Shown here: one piece after another, positions 7,119 through 16,871 of the stretch
How positions within the stretch are numbered: the first letter of the stretch is position 1
How the letters are laid out: each line of letters opens with the position of its first letter
Assembly: GCA_001002405.1 (NCBI GenBank)
Contig: LCOA01000001.1
Coordinates: 1 to 38,753 of the forward strand
DNA length: 38,753 bases
From: Candidatus Amesbacteria bacterium GW2011_GWA1_47_20
GTDB lineage: Bacteria > Patescibacteriota > Microgenomatia > CAZETR01 > Amesbacteraceae
Direction: 5' to 3'
Notes under the pieces: generated by a model
The model's input: the letters and a program-made list of their open reading frames with translations, nothing else
The model's database searches: none
What the model was told of the DNA's origin: nothing
Position numbers and translations under genes: made by a program

Positions 7119-8081
7119 TTTTCGGCCGTTTTTTGCTGACACAAAACCCCATATTAGAAGATTGGTTGTAATTAGGGTAAAGGGTAATTCATACATTGCA
7201 ACCCAAGTTTTATGTTTAATCGATTTAAAAATTCCCATTAAAAATGGCAATATAATAGAATTTGCGTAAATTACCCAAATAAATATTTTTAAAAGATCAG
7301 CTGGTTTACTCCAGTCTATCCAAGTCCACTGCCTAGCATCCTTCTGATCAAAATACATATTTGATAAATTTCTCACTCTCTTAAATACCAATCTTCGGAG
7401 AGTGTCAATAAACGGATGGTGCATCCCCGCATTGGGTACATAGGCAAACCGGTCGTGCCCGTTTTTGACATAAATTGCTACAGTGTCAAGTTCCATAAAT
7501 TTTTGTTTATCTTTTACGTATTTATCCAAAAGAGATTTGCGGTGGACACACATTCCCGATGTTAGCATTTTAGTAAGTGTGTATTTACATACCCACCATT
7601 GTTGTTTCTTTTCAATGACTACTTCGTTAAGGGAAGGGGTTAACCAAATAAACAATGGGTCTCTTTGAAGAAAATCCAAAGTAATATATTTGTTGAGAGG
7701 TTTATCATCTGGATAGGCATAATAACCAGTAAAAGAGCTACAAAGAGTTGAATCGGCCTCAAGGGGGTTAATAAGTTTGGTAAACCAGTTCGTTCCACAT
7801 AGATCAATGTCTGCATCCATAAATAAAAAGTATTTTCCCGTTGCTTGGTCAAATCCGATTTTTTTACCTATTCCCAAATCGTGGGTCCCATTTTTCAGAA
7901 TGACAACGGGGTACTTTTTAGCAATTGCGACTGTATTGTCAATAGAATTATCGTCTATTACAAAAACCTCAAGCTTACCTGGATATTTCTGCCTAAATAT
8001 TGAATCCAAGCAGCGTTTAATATTGGGCCCCTCATTAAAGGTGGGAATGGCTATAGAAATTGTTGGACAGCTTTTGGTCAT
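7092..8081 (-). CDS. GT2 glycosyltransferase with C-terminal membrane helices
   Basis: ISIAIPTFNE, IDDNSIDNT, FMDAD; hydrophobic C-terminus. Confidence 0.9.
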   Translation of the reverse strand: MTKSCPTISIAIPTFNEGPNIKRCLDSIFRQKYPGKLEVFVIDDNSIDNTVAIAKKYPVVILKNGTHDLGIGKKIGFDQATGKYFLFMDADIDLCGTNWFTKLINPLEADSTLCSSFTGYYAYPDDKPLNKYITLDFLQRDPLFIWLTPSLNEVVIEKKQQWWVCKYTLTKMLTSGMCVHRKSLLDKYVKDKQKFMELDTVAIYVKNGHDRFAYVPNAGMHHPFIDTLRRLVFKRVRNLSNMYFDQKDARQWTWIDWSKPADLLKIFIWVIYANSIILPFLMGIFKSIKHKTWVAMYELPFTLITTNLLIWGFVSAKNGRKLLTRVFAN

Positions 8082-8084
8082 AGT

Positions 8085-9230
8085 TTAGTTAAACATTTTA
8101 ATGTATAATTTTTTATAGTAAAAACATTTGCTCAAGCTTATTACGCACTCAATATATTTTTTATAGTTATCTGTAATTTCTCCAATAGCTTTTATTAAGC
8201 TTTGGGGATTGCTATAGCCAATTATTATGCCGGCTCCACTTGTTTCTAATTCTTTTGAAAAATCAAAAACATTGGTTGTAACAACAGGTAAACAAACACT
8301 TAAATAGTTTTTTATTTTCCCGGGGTCTCCATAATATGCAACACTTCTTTCTTCTGGTAAATATGGGGCTATCCCAATTGTACATTTGGATAAAATCTTA
8401 TTGGCCCGATCCTCAGGTAACCATCCATGAAAATGGCAAGGAATTGGAGATATTTTAGCGCGGGCGCGAAAATATTGTTCATCTGGACCTGAGCCCACAA
8501 TCTCGATTTTGATACTAGGAAACTTACTGATTATATCCAAAGCGTTATCAAATAATAAATCAAGTCCCTGACTCTTCTTAAGAACTCCTAAAAATCCTAA
8601 TCTAATAGGAAGGGGTTTTCTCTCAGATCTGCGACACAAGTTTGTAGCAATGGGGACCACAAGCGGTTTTTTGTCAGGAAGAATCATCCCAGCGTCTTGA
8701 CGGACTTTTACTAAACGATTATTGAGATAGACGACACAGTCCGAAAATGTCGCAGTTTTGTCTAATTGCCAATAAAGCCATCGCATTAGAACAACTATCG
8801 GGTCGGGATATTTTAAGGGGTAATAATCCCAGATCCAAAAAACAGTAGTACTCACCAATTTAAGCTTTTTTAATATCAAACCAATCCAGGCTGTAAACGC
8901 ATTTACCGAAAGGAAATAATCAATTTTTATATATTTTTTTGTAGAATAAGAAATGGCTGAGAATATTTGGAATAAGTTGAGGACAGATCTTAGAGGAAGA
9001 AGCAAGAAAACTAAACTTCTGGGCACTGGCATATGGTAAAAAGGCTTTTCTTCTACAATTTTTCCTCTGATGTATATTAACAATTTGTTTTTTGGGTTAT
9101 TTACTCCCAAATCATGAAAGCCGATAGAGAACATAAAAACATACTTAAAGTTTTCTAGGAGGAAATCCAACATTTTCCCGGAGTTTTCGTAGGGGGAGTA
9201 ATTCACATATACAATCGATTTATTTTTCAT
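8085..9230 (-). CDS. GT4/GT-B glycosyltransferase
   Basis: FLGVLKKSQGLD, IVGSGP, FHGW, IGIAPY...DPGKIKNYLSVCLPVV (PxK-type variant). Confidence 0.85.
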   Translation of the reverse strand: MKNKSIVYVNYSPYENSGKMLDFLLENFKYVFMFSIGFHDLGVNNPKNKLLIYIRGKIVEEKPFYHMPVPRSLVFLLLPLRSVLNLFQIFSAISYSTKKYIKIDYFLSVNAFTAWIGLILKKLKLVSTTVFWIWDYYPLKYPDPIVVLMRWLYWQLDKTATFSDCVVYLNNRLVKVRQDAGMILPDKKPLVVPIATNLCRRSERKPLPIRLGFLGVLKKSQGLDLLFDNALDIISKFPSIKIEIVGSGPDEQYFRARAKISPIPCHFHGWLPEDRANKILSKCTIGIAPYLPEERSVAYYGDPGKIKNYLSVCLPVVTTNVFDFSKELETSGAGIIIGYSNPQSLIKAIGEITDNYKKYIECVISLSKCFYYKKLYIKMFN

Positions 9231-9847
9231 TTTACTCCTTTAGCTACCATTAATACTCCTCGAGATATAGGAAAAAATCTTCCAAAGTGGCTAGTTTGCA
9301 AGACCTTAAAACCATGCTTTGCTAGAGTAGTTTTAAGAGACTGGTCTGTAAAAAAACGAATGTGAGGACCAGTGGGGTCGAATACCTTTTCAAAGCCAAT
9401 CATATCTACAATTATATTTTTTATAAATCCAAAATAAGGGGTGCTAATTATAATTTTTCCATCTGGCTTTAATATCCTATGCCATTCAGACAATAGGGTT
9501 GAAACGTCATAAACATGTTCAATAACATCTGTAGCTAAAATTGTGTCAAACTCGCTCGTTAAAAAGGGTAATCTCTTTCCACCCTCCGTCTTTACAAACT
9601 TGATATTGGGAAGATTGGTTTTTGCTCTTTTTAACCCTTCTTGTGATAGGTCGGTCCCCACATATTGATTGTTAGGAAAAGATTTAACAATTTCCTGTAG
9701 TAGCCGGCCTGCTCCGCAACCAAAATCCAAAATCTTTCCGTTTACTAGTTTTGGGAAAACCTCTTTTATCTTTGGCCACTTGTACTTAAAGTCATTTAGC
9801 TCATCTTTTTCCTTTTCTTGCCAATATTTTTCATAATAAATACTCAT
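9227..9847 (-). CDS. Class I SAM-dependent methyltransferase
   Basis: ILDFGCGAG, GTDLS, LPF...FD, DVIEHV, ILKPDG, STP. Confidence 0.9.
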   Translation of the reverse strand: MSIYYEKYWQEKEKDELNDFKYKWPKIKEVFPKLVNGKILDFGCGAGRLLQEIVKSFPNNQYVGTDLSQEGLKRAKTNLPNIKFVKTEGGKRLPFLTSEFDTILATDVIEHVYDVSTLLSEWHRILKPDGKIIISTPYFGFIKNIIVDMIGFEKVFDPTGPHIRFFTDQSLKTTLAKHGFKVLQTSHFGRFFPISRGVLMVAKGVK

Positions 9848-9858
9848 AAAGTAGATGT

Positions 9859-9887
9859 ATAATAGTTTAAATATCTATCCATTTCAA
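9859..9887 (-). promoter_or_regulatory. Sigma70-type promoter of the three-gene minus-strand island, overlapping a + strand TATAAT (9858-9863)
   Basis: Minus strand TTGAAA (9887-9882), 17-nt spacer, TATTAT (9864-9859), 11 nt before the ATG at 9847. Confidence 0.55.
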
Positions 9888-9895
9888 CTGCATTT

Positions 9896-10612
9896 ATGTC
9901 AAAAAACGCACCCAAAAATATTTACTGGTTCATAATCAACCTTTCGAGAAGCAATCCCATTTTTCGAAGTATTGTGGATTTTTTTGCATTAATATATTAC
10001 AAAATATTTCGGGCAAACAGGTGTTTTGAGTTTCAAGGAACAACTTATAAATATTTTTATCACTCCTACAATAGAACTGTAGCGGGCGAAAGAATTGTGG
10101 AAATTCCAATAGCCAAAGAACTAGTAGACAAGTACCAAGGCAAGAGCATTTTGGAAGTTGGGAATGTTTTATCACACTATTTCAATGTTGATCACGACAT
10201 TGTGGACAAATACGAAATCGTACCTCGAGTGATAAATGAAGATATAGTGAGTTTTAACCCGCAAAAAAGGTATGACATAATTATTAGTATTTCGACGTTC
10301 GAACATATAGGGCACGATTATGGAGAAGAACAATCTCCGAAAAAGTTTATTGCAGCAGTTAAAAACTTGAAAAAACTATTGGCTCCTGGTGGGCAGCTTT
10401 TTATTACGGTGCCAACCTCATTTAACGAATTTCTCCATAAACTAATAATGACTCACAAAATGCCTTTCACGAACGAATACTATCTGCAGCGTATCTCATA
10501 TTTGAATGATTGGAAACAAGTTCAATTTACCGAGATTCAGTTATGCGATGGTTACGACAGCCATTACGCAAATGCAAACTGCCTCTATATAGGACAATTT
10601 TTCAAAAAATGA
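9896..10612 (+). CDS. SAM-dependent methyltransferase-like protein
   Basis: ILEVGNV (shortened motif I), YDIIISISTFEHIG, LLAPGGQLFITVP. Confidence 0.75.
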   Translation: MSKNAPKNIYWFIINLSRSNPIFRSIVDFFALIYYKIFRANRCFEFQGTTYKYFYHSYNRTVAGERIVEIPIAKELVDKYQGKSILEVGNVLSHYFNVDHDIVDKYEIVPRVINEDIVSFNPQKRYDIIISISTFEHIGHDYGEEQSPKKFIAAVKNLKKLLAPGGQLFITVPTSFNEFLHKLIMTHKMPFTNEYYLQRISYLNDWKQVQFTEIQLCDGYDSHYANANCLYIGQFFKK

Positions 10613-12666
10613 GAGTCACCATTAGTAAGACGACGGCCTTTTGTATTGCGGTCATTTTGACCATATCAGTTGTTTCCCACTGGCAGTGGTTTTTTAAAAA
10701 CTCATATTTCGGTTGGGGTGACGCCAGGTTACTCACCAGATTTAAAGAGTCATGGATAAGTTATGCTAACTTTCCGAATATTTGGTCAATGTATGGAACG
10801 GGTCTGGGTGAAATCGACCTTATTTTCTCTCAATACCCGATTTACATGGTTTTTGGAGCGCTTACCCAATTGGGTTTTGACGCACGCCTAGTATCAAAAT
10901 TAATCTTCTTGGTTCCTGTCGCTCTCATTCCTGCATTAGGTAGTTATTTACTTATTAGAGATATAACAAGATCACACCTATCGAGCATAATTGGGTCAAT
11001 TATTTACTCGTTTAATGTTAATGCACTACTTACTCAGACCGGGAGCCTCTCAATTAGCGCTGCATACGCCCTGGCTCCCGTTTGCTTTTTAATGTTTATC
11101 AAGGCATTAGAGAAAAAAAGTATTAGACTAGGATTAGTAACTGGGTTAATTTTTTTTCTTCAATCAATTTATGAATTTAGAATTTTTTATGTTACCGCCT
11201 TTGTTCTATTTTTCTATCTAATATTCTACTTTGTTGTCAAAAAGGAGAACTATTCAAAAAATCTGATACGCACTCTCTATCATACTGCCTTGCCATTCAT
11301 ATTTCTAGCGTTCGCCACTTCGTATTGGCTCTTTCCCTATTTAATGACTGGATCAATTCAGACCAACCCTGCTTTCTCCAGACCTTTATTTGGAGACAAG
11401 TACGCATCTTTTAAACAATCGATAGCGTTTTTTTCACCTTGGTGGACTGCTGGCCATGGATACGCAAATGGAGTCGTGCAACCAATTCCTGTTTATTTTT
11501 GGACTATTCCCACATTGGCCCTTCTGGGCTTTATATTGAATACCAAGAGCCAAGAGGCGTATTTTTTCCTATTTATTAGTGTTCTGGGGATATTGCTTAC
11601 TAAACAATCAGACAGCCCATTCCCAAATTTATATCTCTGGCTGTTTCAACATTTCCCAGGTTTCAACGCTTTTAGAGAATCCAGTAAGTTTTTTTTAATT
11701 CTTTCGATCGGATATTCAGCATTAATAGCTTTTCTAGTTTCTTTTTTCAGATCGTATAAGATTATATCCTTGTTAATTGCAGCGGGGATTGGCGCGTTAT
11801 TTTTATGGAACATTAAACCTCTAATCACAGGTCAAATAGGCGGTTTATTTATCCCGAAAACTAGACCTCAAGACTTTATCGTTCTTAAGGACTTTCTTCA
11901 TGGTCAAAAGGATTTTTTCCGCACTGCTTGGATTCCAGCAGCAGGTATGTGGGGATATTATAGTGACATCCATCCTAAGATTGATCTTCACACGGTTTAC
12001 TTTGACATCCTAGGTCCAATGATGGCATCCTCACAAGGCCATGTGAGAGCTCCAAACAAAAGCTCGTTAATAGGAGATGTTAATCATCAATTTTTTGACC
12101 TTTTTGTTCAATCTAACTCCAATGAACTACTTGACTCTCTTAATATTAAATACGTTATTGTTCCCCTAGAGGACAAAGCCAATGACGACGATGTCTTTGT
12201 CAACTATGGCCTTCCAGATAGGGAGTATCTTCTTAACTTTTTGGATGGGGTCCCATATCTCTCACGCGTTAGTGCGGGAACCTCGGAAATTGTGGTCTAC
12301 GAAAATTCAAATTTTAAACCCCTGATTTTAATCGGGCCCTCCCCAGTACATTATCAGCGTTTATCGTCGTCAGAATACGTGATCCAGCTTCCCCCCACGG
12401 ATGAGGCTTCTCAATTAGTTTTCACAGACGCTTACCATCCAGCCTGGACGCTCACTGTAAATGACCAAAGCTACGTTTCAGAAAAATTCCAGCAACTATT
12501 TAATAGCTTTTCTCTTCCACCCCATGCTCAACCTGTCACTGCTCGCCTATTTTTCACTCCCCAAAAATACGTTGTCTATGGTTCTACAATTTCTCTTGCT
12601 AGCTTGTTAACTACTCTCTTAGTTCTCCTAATATTGTCAATTAGAGCCAGAGAGAGTAAAATTTAA
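10609..12666 (+). CDS. Large multi-pass GT-C-like membrane protein (AftD/YfhO-like architecture), paralog A
   Basis: WGD in the first loop, many membrane segments, PGFNAFRESSKF, external domain IKYVIVP...VYEN...FTDAYHPAW, and a final membrane helix. Start moved to 10609 (ATGA overlap). Confidence 0.7.
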   Translation: MRVTISKTTAFCIAVILTISVVSHWQWFFKNSYFGWGDARLLTRFKESWISYANFPNIWSMYGTGLGEIDLIFSQYPIYMVFGALTQLGFDARLVSKLIFLVPVALIPALGSYLLIRDITRSHLSSIIGSIIYSFNVNALLTQTGSLSISAAYALAPVCFLMFIKALEKKSIRLGLVTGLIFFLQSIYEFRIFYVTAFVLFFYLIFYFVVKKENYSKNLIRTLYHTALPFIFLAFATSYWLFPYLMTGSIQTNPAFSRPLFGDKYASFKQSIAFFSPWWTAGHGYANGVVQPIPVYFWTIPTLALLGFILNTKSQEAYFFLFISVLGILLTKQSDSPFPNLYLWLFQHFPGFNAFRESSKFFLILSIGYSALIAFLVSFFRSYKIISLLIAAGIGALFLWNIKPLITGQIGGLFIPKTRPQDFIVLKDFLHGQKDFFRTAWIPAAGMWGYYSDIHPKIDLHTVYFDILGPMMASSQGHVRAPNKSSLIGDVNHQFFDLFVQSNSNELLDSLNIKYVIVPLEDKANDDDVFVNYGLPDREYLLNFLDGVPYLSRVSAGTSEIVVYENSNFKPLILIGPSPVHYQRLSSSEYVIQLPPTDEASQLVFTDAYHPAWTLTVNDQSYVSEKFQQLFNSFSLPPHAQPVTARLFFTPQKYVVYGSTISLASLLTTLLVLLILSIRARESKI

Positions 12667-12670
12667 TCCA

Positions 12671-13228
12671 ATGACGGCTAATCAATTTGTGAAACCTACG
12701 TCTCTCCCCGGACTTTTTGTTCTCGAGCGGCCTACATTTACCGACAACCGAGGTTTTTTTCGTGAGGTTTTCCATCTTAATGAACTGGAGGACGTTCTCG
12801 GATATTCCTTCCATCCTGTCCAATGGAATCATTCTCGCTCACTTCCTAATGTCATCCGGGCCTTACATGCCGAGAACTGGAATAAATTGGTCTACCCAGT
12901 ATCTGGTGAAATTTTCATTGCCATTGTCGACATTCGTCCTGATTCTTCTACATTTAAAAAAAGCGAGACTTTTATAATTAACGATACCAATCGTAATGCT
13001 CTATTTATTTCCAAAGGACTTGCGAACTCGATTTGTGTCATCGGTAATACACCGGTTGATTACATTTATCTAGTCGACGCTTATTACGATGGAAAAGATA
13101 CTCGGGCTGTAGCTTGGAATGACCCAGACCTAGCTATCCCTTGGCCTATCAAGAACCCCACTATCTCCGATCGTGATCGCACCAATCCCCGTCTCCGAGA
13201 TCTTTCAACTGCGTCAAAAGAGGTATAA
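12671..13228 (+). CDS. rmlC: dTDP-4-dehydrorhamnose 3,5-epimerase family protein
   Basis: FTDNRGFFRE, VIRALHAE, VDIRPDSSTF, GLANS, WNDPDLAIPWP, ISDRD. Confidence 0.88.
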   Translation: MTANQFVKPTSLPGLFVLERPTFTDNRGFFREVFHLNELEDVLGYSFHPVQWNHSRSLPNVIRALHAENWNKLVYPVSGEIFIAIVDIRPDSSTFKKSETFIINDTNRNALFISKGLANSICVIGNTPVDYIYLVDAYYDGKDTRAVAWNDPDLAIPWPIKNPTISDRDRTNPRLRDLSTASKEV

Positions 13229-13229
13229 T
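13224..13229 (+). promoter_or_regulatory. Candidate internal -10 box
   Basis: TATAAT overlapping the rmlC stop codon, 8 nt before the ATG at 13238. Confidence 0.4.
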
Positions 13230-13237
13230 TCACGATT

Positions 13238-14134
13238 ATGGCGATTGAAAAAAGAATTCTTATTACAGGAAGCACAGGTTTGCTAGGAAAAGGGTTATTA
13301 GCAACTGCTCCCAGAAGTTTTAAAATTTTCCCCTCATATTCCAAGGATCTTCCTTTAGACAAAGAACGTCGTTATCACCGGATAGATATCACCAATATCC
13401 AGCAAGTTGCTGATAATTTTGCCAAAATCAAACCCGAGATAGTTATCCATGCCGCCTCAATTGGTAATGTTGATTACTGCGAAAAAAATCCCAAAGAGGC
13501 TGAAAAAGTAAACGTATTCGGTACCCAAAACGTCATTAGGGCATGTACAAAGCATAACTGCCAACTTATCTTTACCTCTTCTAATGCAGTTTTTAACGGT
13601 CTCAACGCCCCTTATTCCGAGACTGATCCTCCCAACCCTGTAAACTATTACGGACGAACCAAAGTAATCGGTGAGAGATCGGTCTTAAAGGCTAATCCCA
13701 AAAATGTTGTAGTGCGCATGACTTTAATGTATGGTTGGAATAACTCCAACCAACGCTCTAATGCCGTTACTTGGCTTCTAGATAGGCTTCGCCGGGCAGA
13801 GCCTACAAAGCTAGTTAACGATACTTACGTTAATCCCATCTACAATCTCCAGGCGGCGGAAAACATATGGAAAATAATTAAGCTCGGAAAAAGCGGAATT
13901 TTTCACCTAGCAGGTAGAGATCGAGTTAATCGCTATGAATTCGGTCTAATAACTGCCCGAATTTTCGGCTTTGACGACAGGCTATTAGAGCCCGTTTCAA
14001 GTGATTATTTTCCTGGTATAGCCCTTCGAATGCCAGATACAACCTTTGCTACTACAAAAATGATTGAGGGGTTGAGCAGTCGCCCCCTCTCCCTTCAAGC
14101 TGGTTTAGAGTTTATGCAACTGCAATCTCCGTGA
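13238..14134 (+). CDS. rmlD: dTDP-4-dehydrorhamnose reductase-like SDR
   Basis: ILITGSTGLLG, VDYCE, SSNAVFNG, PYSETD, PVNYYGRTK (YxxxK), GIFHLAG. Confidence 0.8.
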   Translation: MAIEKRILITGSTGLLGKGLLATAPRSFKIFPSYSKDLPLDKERRYHRIDITNIQQVADNFAKIKPEIVIHAASIGNVDYCEKNPKEAEKVNVFGTQNVIRACTKHNCQLIFTSSNAVFNGLNAPYSETDPPNPVNYYGRTKVIGERSVLKANPKNVVVRMTLMYGWNNSNQRSNAVTWLLDRLRRAEPTKLVNDTYVNPIYNLQAAENIWKIIKLGKSGIFHLAGRDRVNRYEFGLITARIFGFDDRLLEPVSSDYFPGIALRMPDTTFATTKMIEGLSSRPLSLQAGLEFMQLQSP

Positions 14135-15321
14135 AAGTCCTTTTTGCTCCCATACACTATTTCTACGGTAAAAATTACGGCAGCGAGATGATTTGTGCAG
14201 CAGACATCTTCACTCGCATCTCAAAATTTTTGCCAGGTACACAAGCTGTAGCTCTCACCAAGCTAGATGAACAACCAGACCTGCCCAGTTTGCACTATCG
14301 GTATTCTATCTCCAAGCCGTTCTTTCCCTCCATTTGGGACAATTTTAAACTCATATCCTTTTACACATTGGTTTCTCTCAGACTCATTACTCAACAGCAT
14401 TACACTATTGTCCATCACCTTTTTCCTTTTCGTATCGGTCGCACCTTCAACCCCTTATTTCTCATCCCGGGTCTGAAAATTAAGAAGATAATCGGGCCGG
14501 TTATGGTCTCCGTCGACTACGATAACAAAGATTTAAAAAAAAATTCCTTTTTTGCTACTAATGAAAATCCTGTATTTAATCTCCTGATTAATTTTTTTGA
14601 TCCTTTGTTTGCCCTTTTATCCAAAGCTACTCTATTGCGAGGGGATCATGTTATAGCTCTTAATGAAGTAGCCAAACAAGAACTTATTAAATTTGGAGTT
14701 CCATCCCCCAGAATCACCGTGATTCCCATCGGCATAGATACCCAAAAATTCAGTTTTACTCCATATAACAAGAAAAATAACCACATTTTCCACTTGTTAA
14801 CTCTAGGTTATCTTACTAAACGTAAGGGAACAGAACTATTGCTTAAGTCTCTGGTTAGAATCATTGAGAAATATCCCAAAGTTCACTTGACAATTATTGG
14901 CGATGGACCTCAAAAATCGGAGCTTGAAGACCTAGCCTGTCAATTAGATATTGACTCCCATGTTACCTTTGCCGGTTTTGTGAAATACGCTGATCTGGAA
15001 AAGTATTATCAAAGGTCACACGTTTTAGTAAGCATGAGTCGGGCAGAAAGTTGGGGTCAGGTTTATCTTGACGCAATGGCTTGTGGTTTAGCAATTATTA
15101 CCAGTAAAAACGATGGCTCAAATGAGATTATCAAAGATGGCCAGTTTGGCTACCTAGTTGAACAAGAAGATGTGGCTGGTCTAACAGGCAAGGTAAACTA
15201 TCTCATTTCACATCCCAAACTTGTCGACAGGTTTGGAAAAGCGGCTAGAAGAGAAATTAAAAGAAAGTATGATTGGGATAGAATCGTTATCTCTCAATAC
15301 CTTGGATTATATGAGCGCTAA
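14131..15321 (+). CDS. GT4 glycosyltransferase
   Basis: GIDTQKF, LGYLTKRKG, IIGDGP, SRAESWGQVYLDAMACG; GTGA overlap. Confidence 0.9.
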   Translation: MKVLFAPIHYFYGKNYGSEMICAADIFTRISKFLPGTQAVALTKLDEQPDLPSLHYRYSISKPFFPSIWDNFKLISFYTLVSLRLITQQHYTIVHHLFPFRIGRTFNPLFLIPGLKIKKIIGPVMVSVDYDNKDLKKNSFFATNENPVFNLLINFFDPLFALLSKATLLRGDHVIALNEVAKQELIKFGVPSPRITVIPIGIDTQKFSFTPYNKKNNHIFHLLTLGYLTKRKGTELLLKSLVRIIEKYPKVHLTIIGDGPQKSELEDLACQLDIDSHVTFAGFVKYADLEKYYQRSHVLVSMSRAESWGQVYLDAMACGLAIITSKNDGSNEIIKDGQFGYLVEQEDVAGLTGKVNYLISHPKLVDRFGKAARREIKRKYDWDRIVISQYLGLYER

Positions 15322-16168
15322 TACGATACACGAACTTTATCGAAAAACATCTGTCTTTTTAGATGCTTTGGTGCATAGGGAATATTTATATCTTATCTGG
15401 GGATTATCTCCGACTTTATTCAGAATTTTATGCCGTGTGACAGGATATAAAAACACCCAAATATACGCCATATATCAAAAGTTATATTATGAACACTTTG
15501 CCAGAATAGACGAGAAAAATTTGGTTGTGGGTCATTTTGAGGCGAATGAAAGCTATGACTATGAAAAATATTTGCTTAAACCCTTTTCTGAAAACACTAA
15601 ACACATCATAGCCCTCGATTTTGGTTGTGGACCTGGCAGAATGGTTCGCAGAATGAGTAAGTTTGTTAATCGAGTTGATGGTGTAGATATTTCTGAAAAC
15701 AACATTACAAAAGCAAAAATTTACACTAAAAATATTCGTTCCAAAACTAAGTACTTCGTCAATAATGGTTACGACTTAGCAGGTATTCCTTCGGACACAT
15801 ATGACTTAGTCTACACCACAATAGCACTTCATCATATACCTATCCACAAAACTCGTATGAATCTCATAAGAGAATTTCTTCGTGTTTTAAAGATCGGAGG
15901 ACAGATATCTTTGCAAATGGTTTTTCAGAAAAACCTTAAAAAATTACCTCCAGGGCACTCATTTTCCTGTTGGCGTGAGAATCCTTATGACGCCAATGGC
16001 ACAAACGGGACTTATGACGTAGTAATTACTCCAAAAAGTCTTAAACAAGTGAGAGAAGATTTAAGGTATGTTGGTTTTAAGAATATTTCGTTTAATCTTG
16101 CCCTTCCTCCTGTTTCCAAAGAAGTTGGTCTCTATGATAATTGGATATTTATATACGCCAGGAAGTGA
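15311..16168 (+). CDS. Class I SAM-dependent methyltransferase
   Basis: ALDFGCGPGR, GVDIS, YDLVY, LHHI, RVLKIGG. Start moved to the ATG at 15311. Confidence 0.88.
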   Translation: MSANTIHELYRKTSVFLDALVHREYLYLIWGLSPTLFRILCRVTGYKNTQIYAIYQKLYYEHFARIDEKNLVVGHFEANESYDYEKYLLKPFSENTKHIIALDFGCGPGRMVRRMSKFVNRVDGVDISENNITKAKIYTKNIRSKTKYFVNNGYDLAGIPSDTYDLVYTTIALHHIPIHKTRMNLIREFLRVLKIGGQISLQMVFQKNLKKLPPGHSFSCWRENPYDANGTNGTYDVVITPKSLKQVREDLRYVGFKNISFNLALPPVSKEVGLYDNWIFIYARK

Positions 16169-16175
16169 AACTACA

Positions 16176-16814
16176 TCAACGTTTCTTTAATGCTACACAC
16201 ACATAGTTTCCTCCATCAAAAACGGCAGGAAAAAGTTTAATTAATATTTTAGGGAATATTAACTTTGGAGAGAAAATGGGACTAAGTAGAAAATCGACAG
16301 AAAAGATACTTTTTACTTCAAACCCTTTTTGTATTAATAAATTTTTAAGGACAGATTTTGCAATGGGTTGCTTATGTGACGGCATAGAGAGGTATGCGAT
16401 TACACCCATTAAACAATCAACGTTTGGAGTTTTAATAATCACTACAGAACGCCCTGGTATCCTGTCTAATATTGTTTCCAAGCTCGAGATTTCCAGGTGT
16501 TCGATGAAATCTAGCATTAAATATATATCGAAGATATTTCTAGAAGTATTTATAAAATTCATCGCATCCCCTTTTATTGCTTTGCAACCATTCTTACGTG
16601 CGATTTCAATCAACTCGGAATTAGTATCTACACCCAATACTTCAAGCCCCCGCCTTCTTAAATACTCTCCAACCACTCCGTCCCCGCAGCCCATATCTAG
16701 AACTTTTCGTCCAGCACGGCAATATTTATCTAGATAGTTCAAATATTTCATTCTGCTTTGCCGCTCTTTCTGACTTTCTGCCACTACACCTATGTTTAAG
16801 TACTTGTTTTTCAT
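16176..16814 (-). CDS. Class I SAM-dependent methyltransferase
   Basis: VLDMGCGDG, GVDTN, DFIEHL, KTPN. Start moved to the ATG at 16814, 6 nt after a TATAAT. Confidence 0.88.
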   Translation of the reverse strand: MKNKYLNIGVVAESQKERQSRMKYLNYLDKYCRAGRKVLDMGCGDGVVGEYLRRRGLEVLGVDTNSELIEIARKNGCKAIKGDAMNFINTSRNIFDIYLMLDFIEHLEISSLETILDRIPGRSVVIIKTPNVDCLMGVIAYLSMPSHKQPIAKSVLKNLLIQKGFEVKSIFSVDFLLSPIFSPKLIFPKILIKLFPAVFDGGNYVCVALKKR

Positions 16815-16820
16815 AAGTAA

Positions 16821-16826
16821 ATTATA
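16821..16826 (-). promoter_or_regulatory. -10 box of a probably leaderless transcript
   Basis: Minus strand reads TGTG-TATAAT-TTACTT-ATG. Confidence 0.6.
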
Positions 16827-16871
16827 CACAACTATTGCCTATTCCCACATTGAGAGAGATAATCATTGATT

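Noticed and set aside
10510-10608. Long same-strand overlaps implied by the ORF track (also 15221, 19649, 27783, 30672, 5295)
   Set aside because: Downstream ATGs give short or 4-bp overlaps and family-typical N-termini.
13012-13032. RmlC GLANS instead of GFAHG as a sign of inactivation
   Set aside because: The LHAE...GxAN pattern matches the streptococcal-type RmlC subfamily as recalled, and the catalytic His in RALH is retained.
16276-16737. 153-aa + strand ORF and other antisense or alternate-frame ORFs (e.g. 1682-1993, 7777-8088, 20398-20781, 32709-33047, 38158-38478)
   Set aside because: They lie within well-supported genes and show no family motifs.
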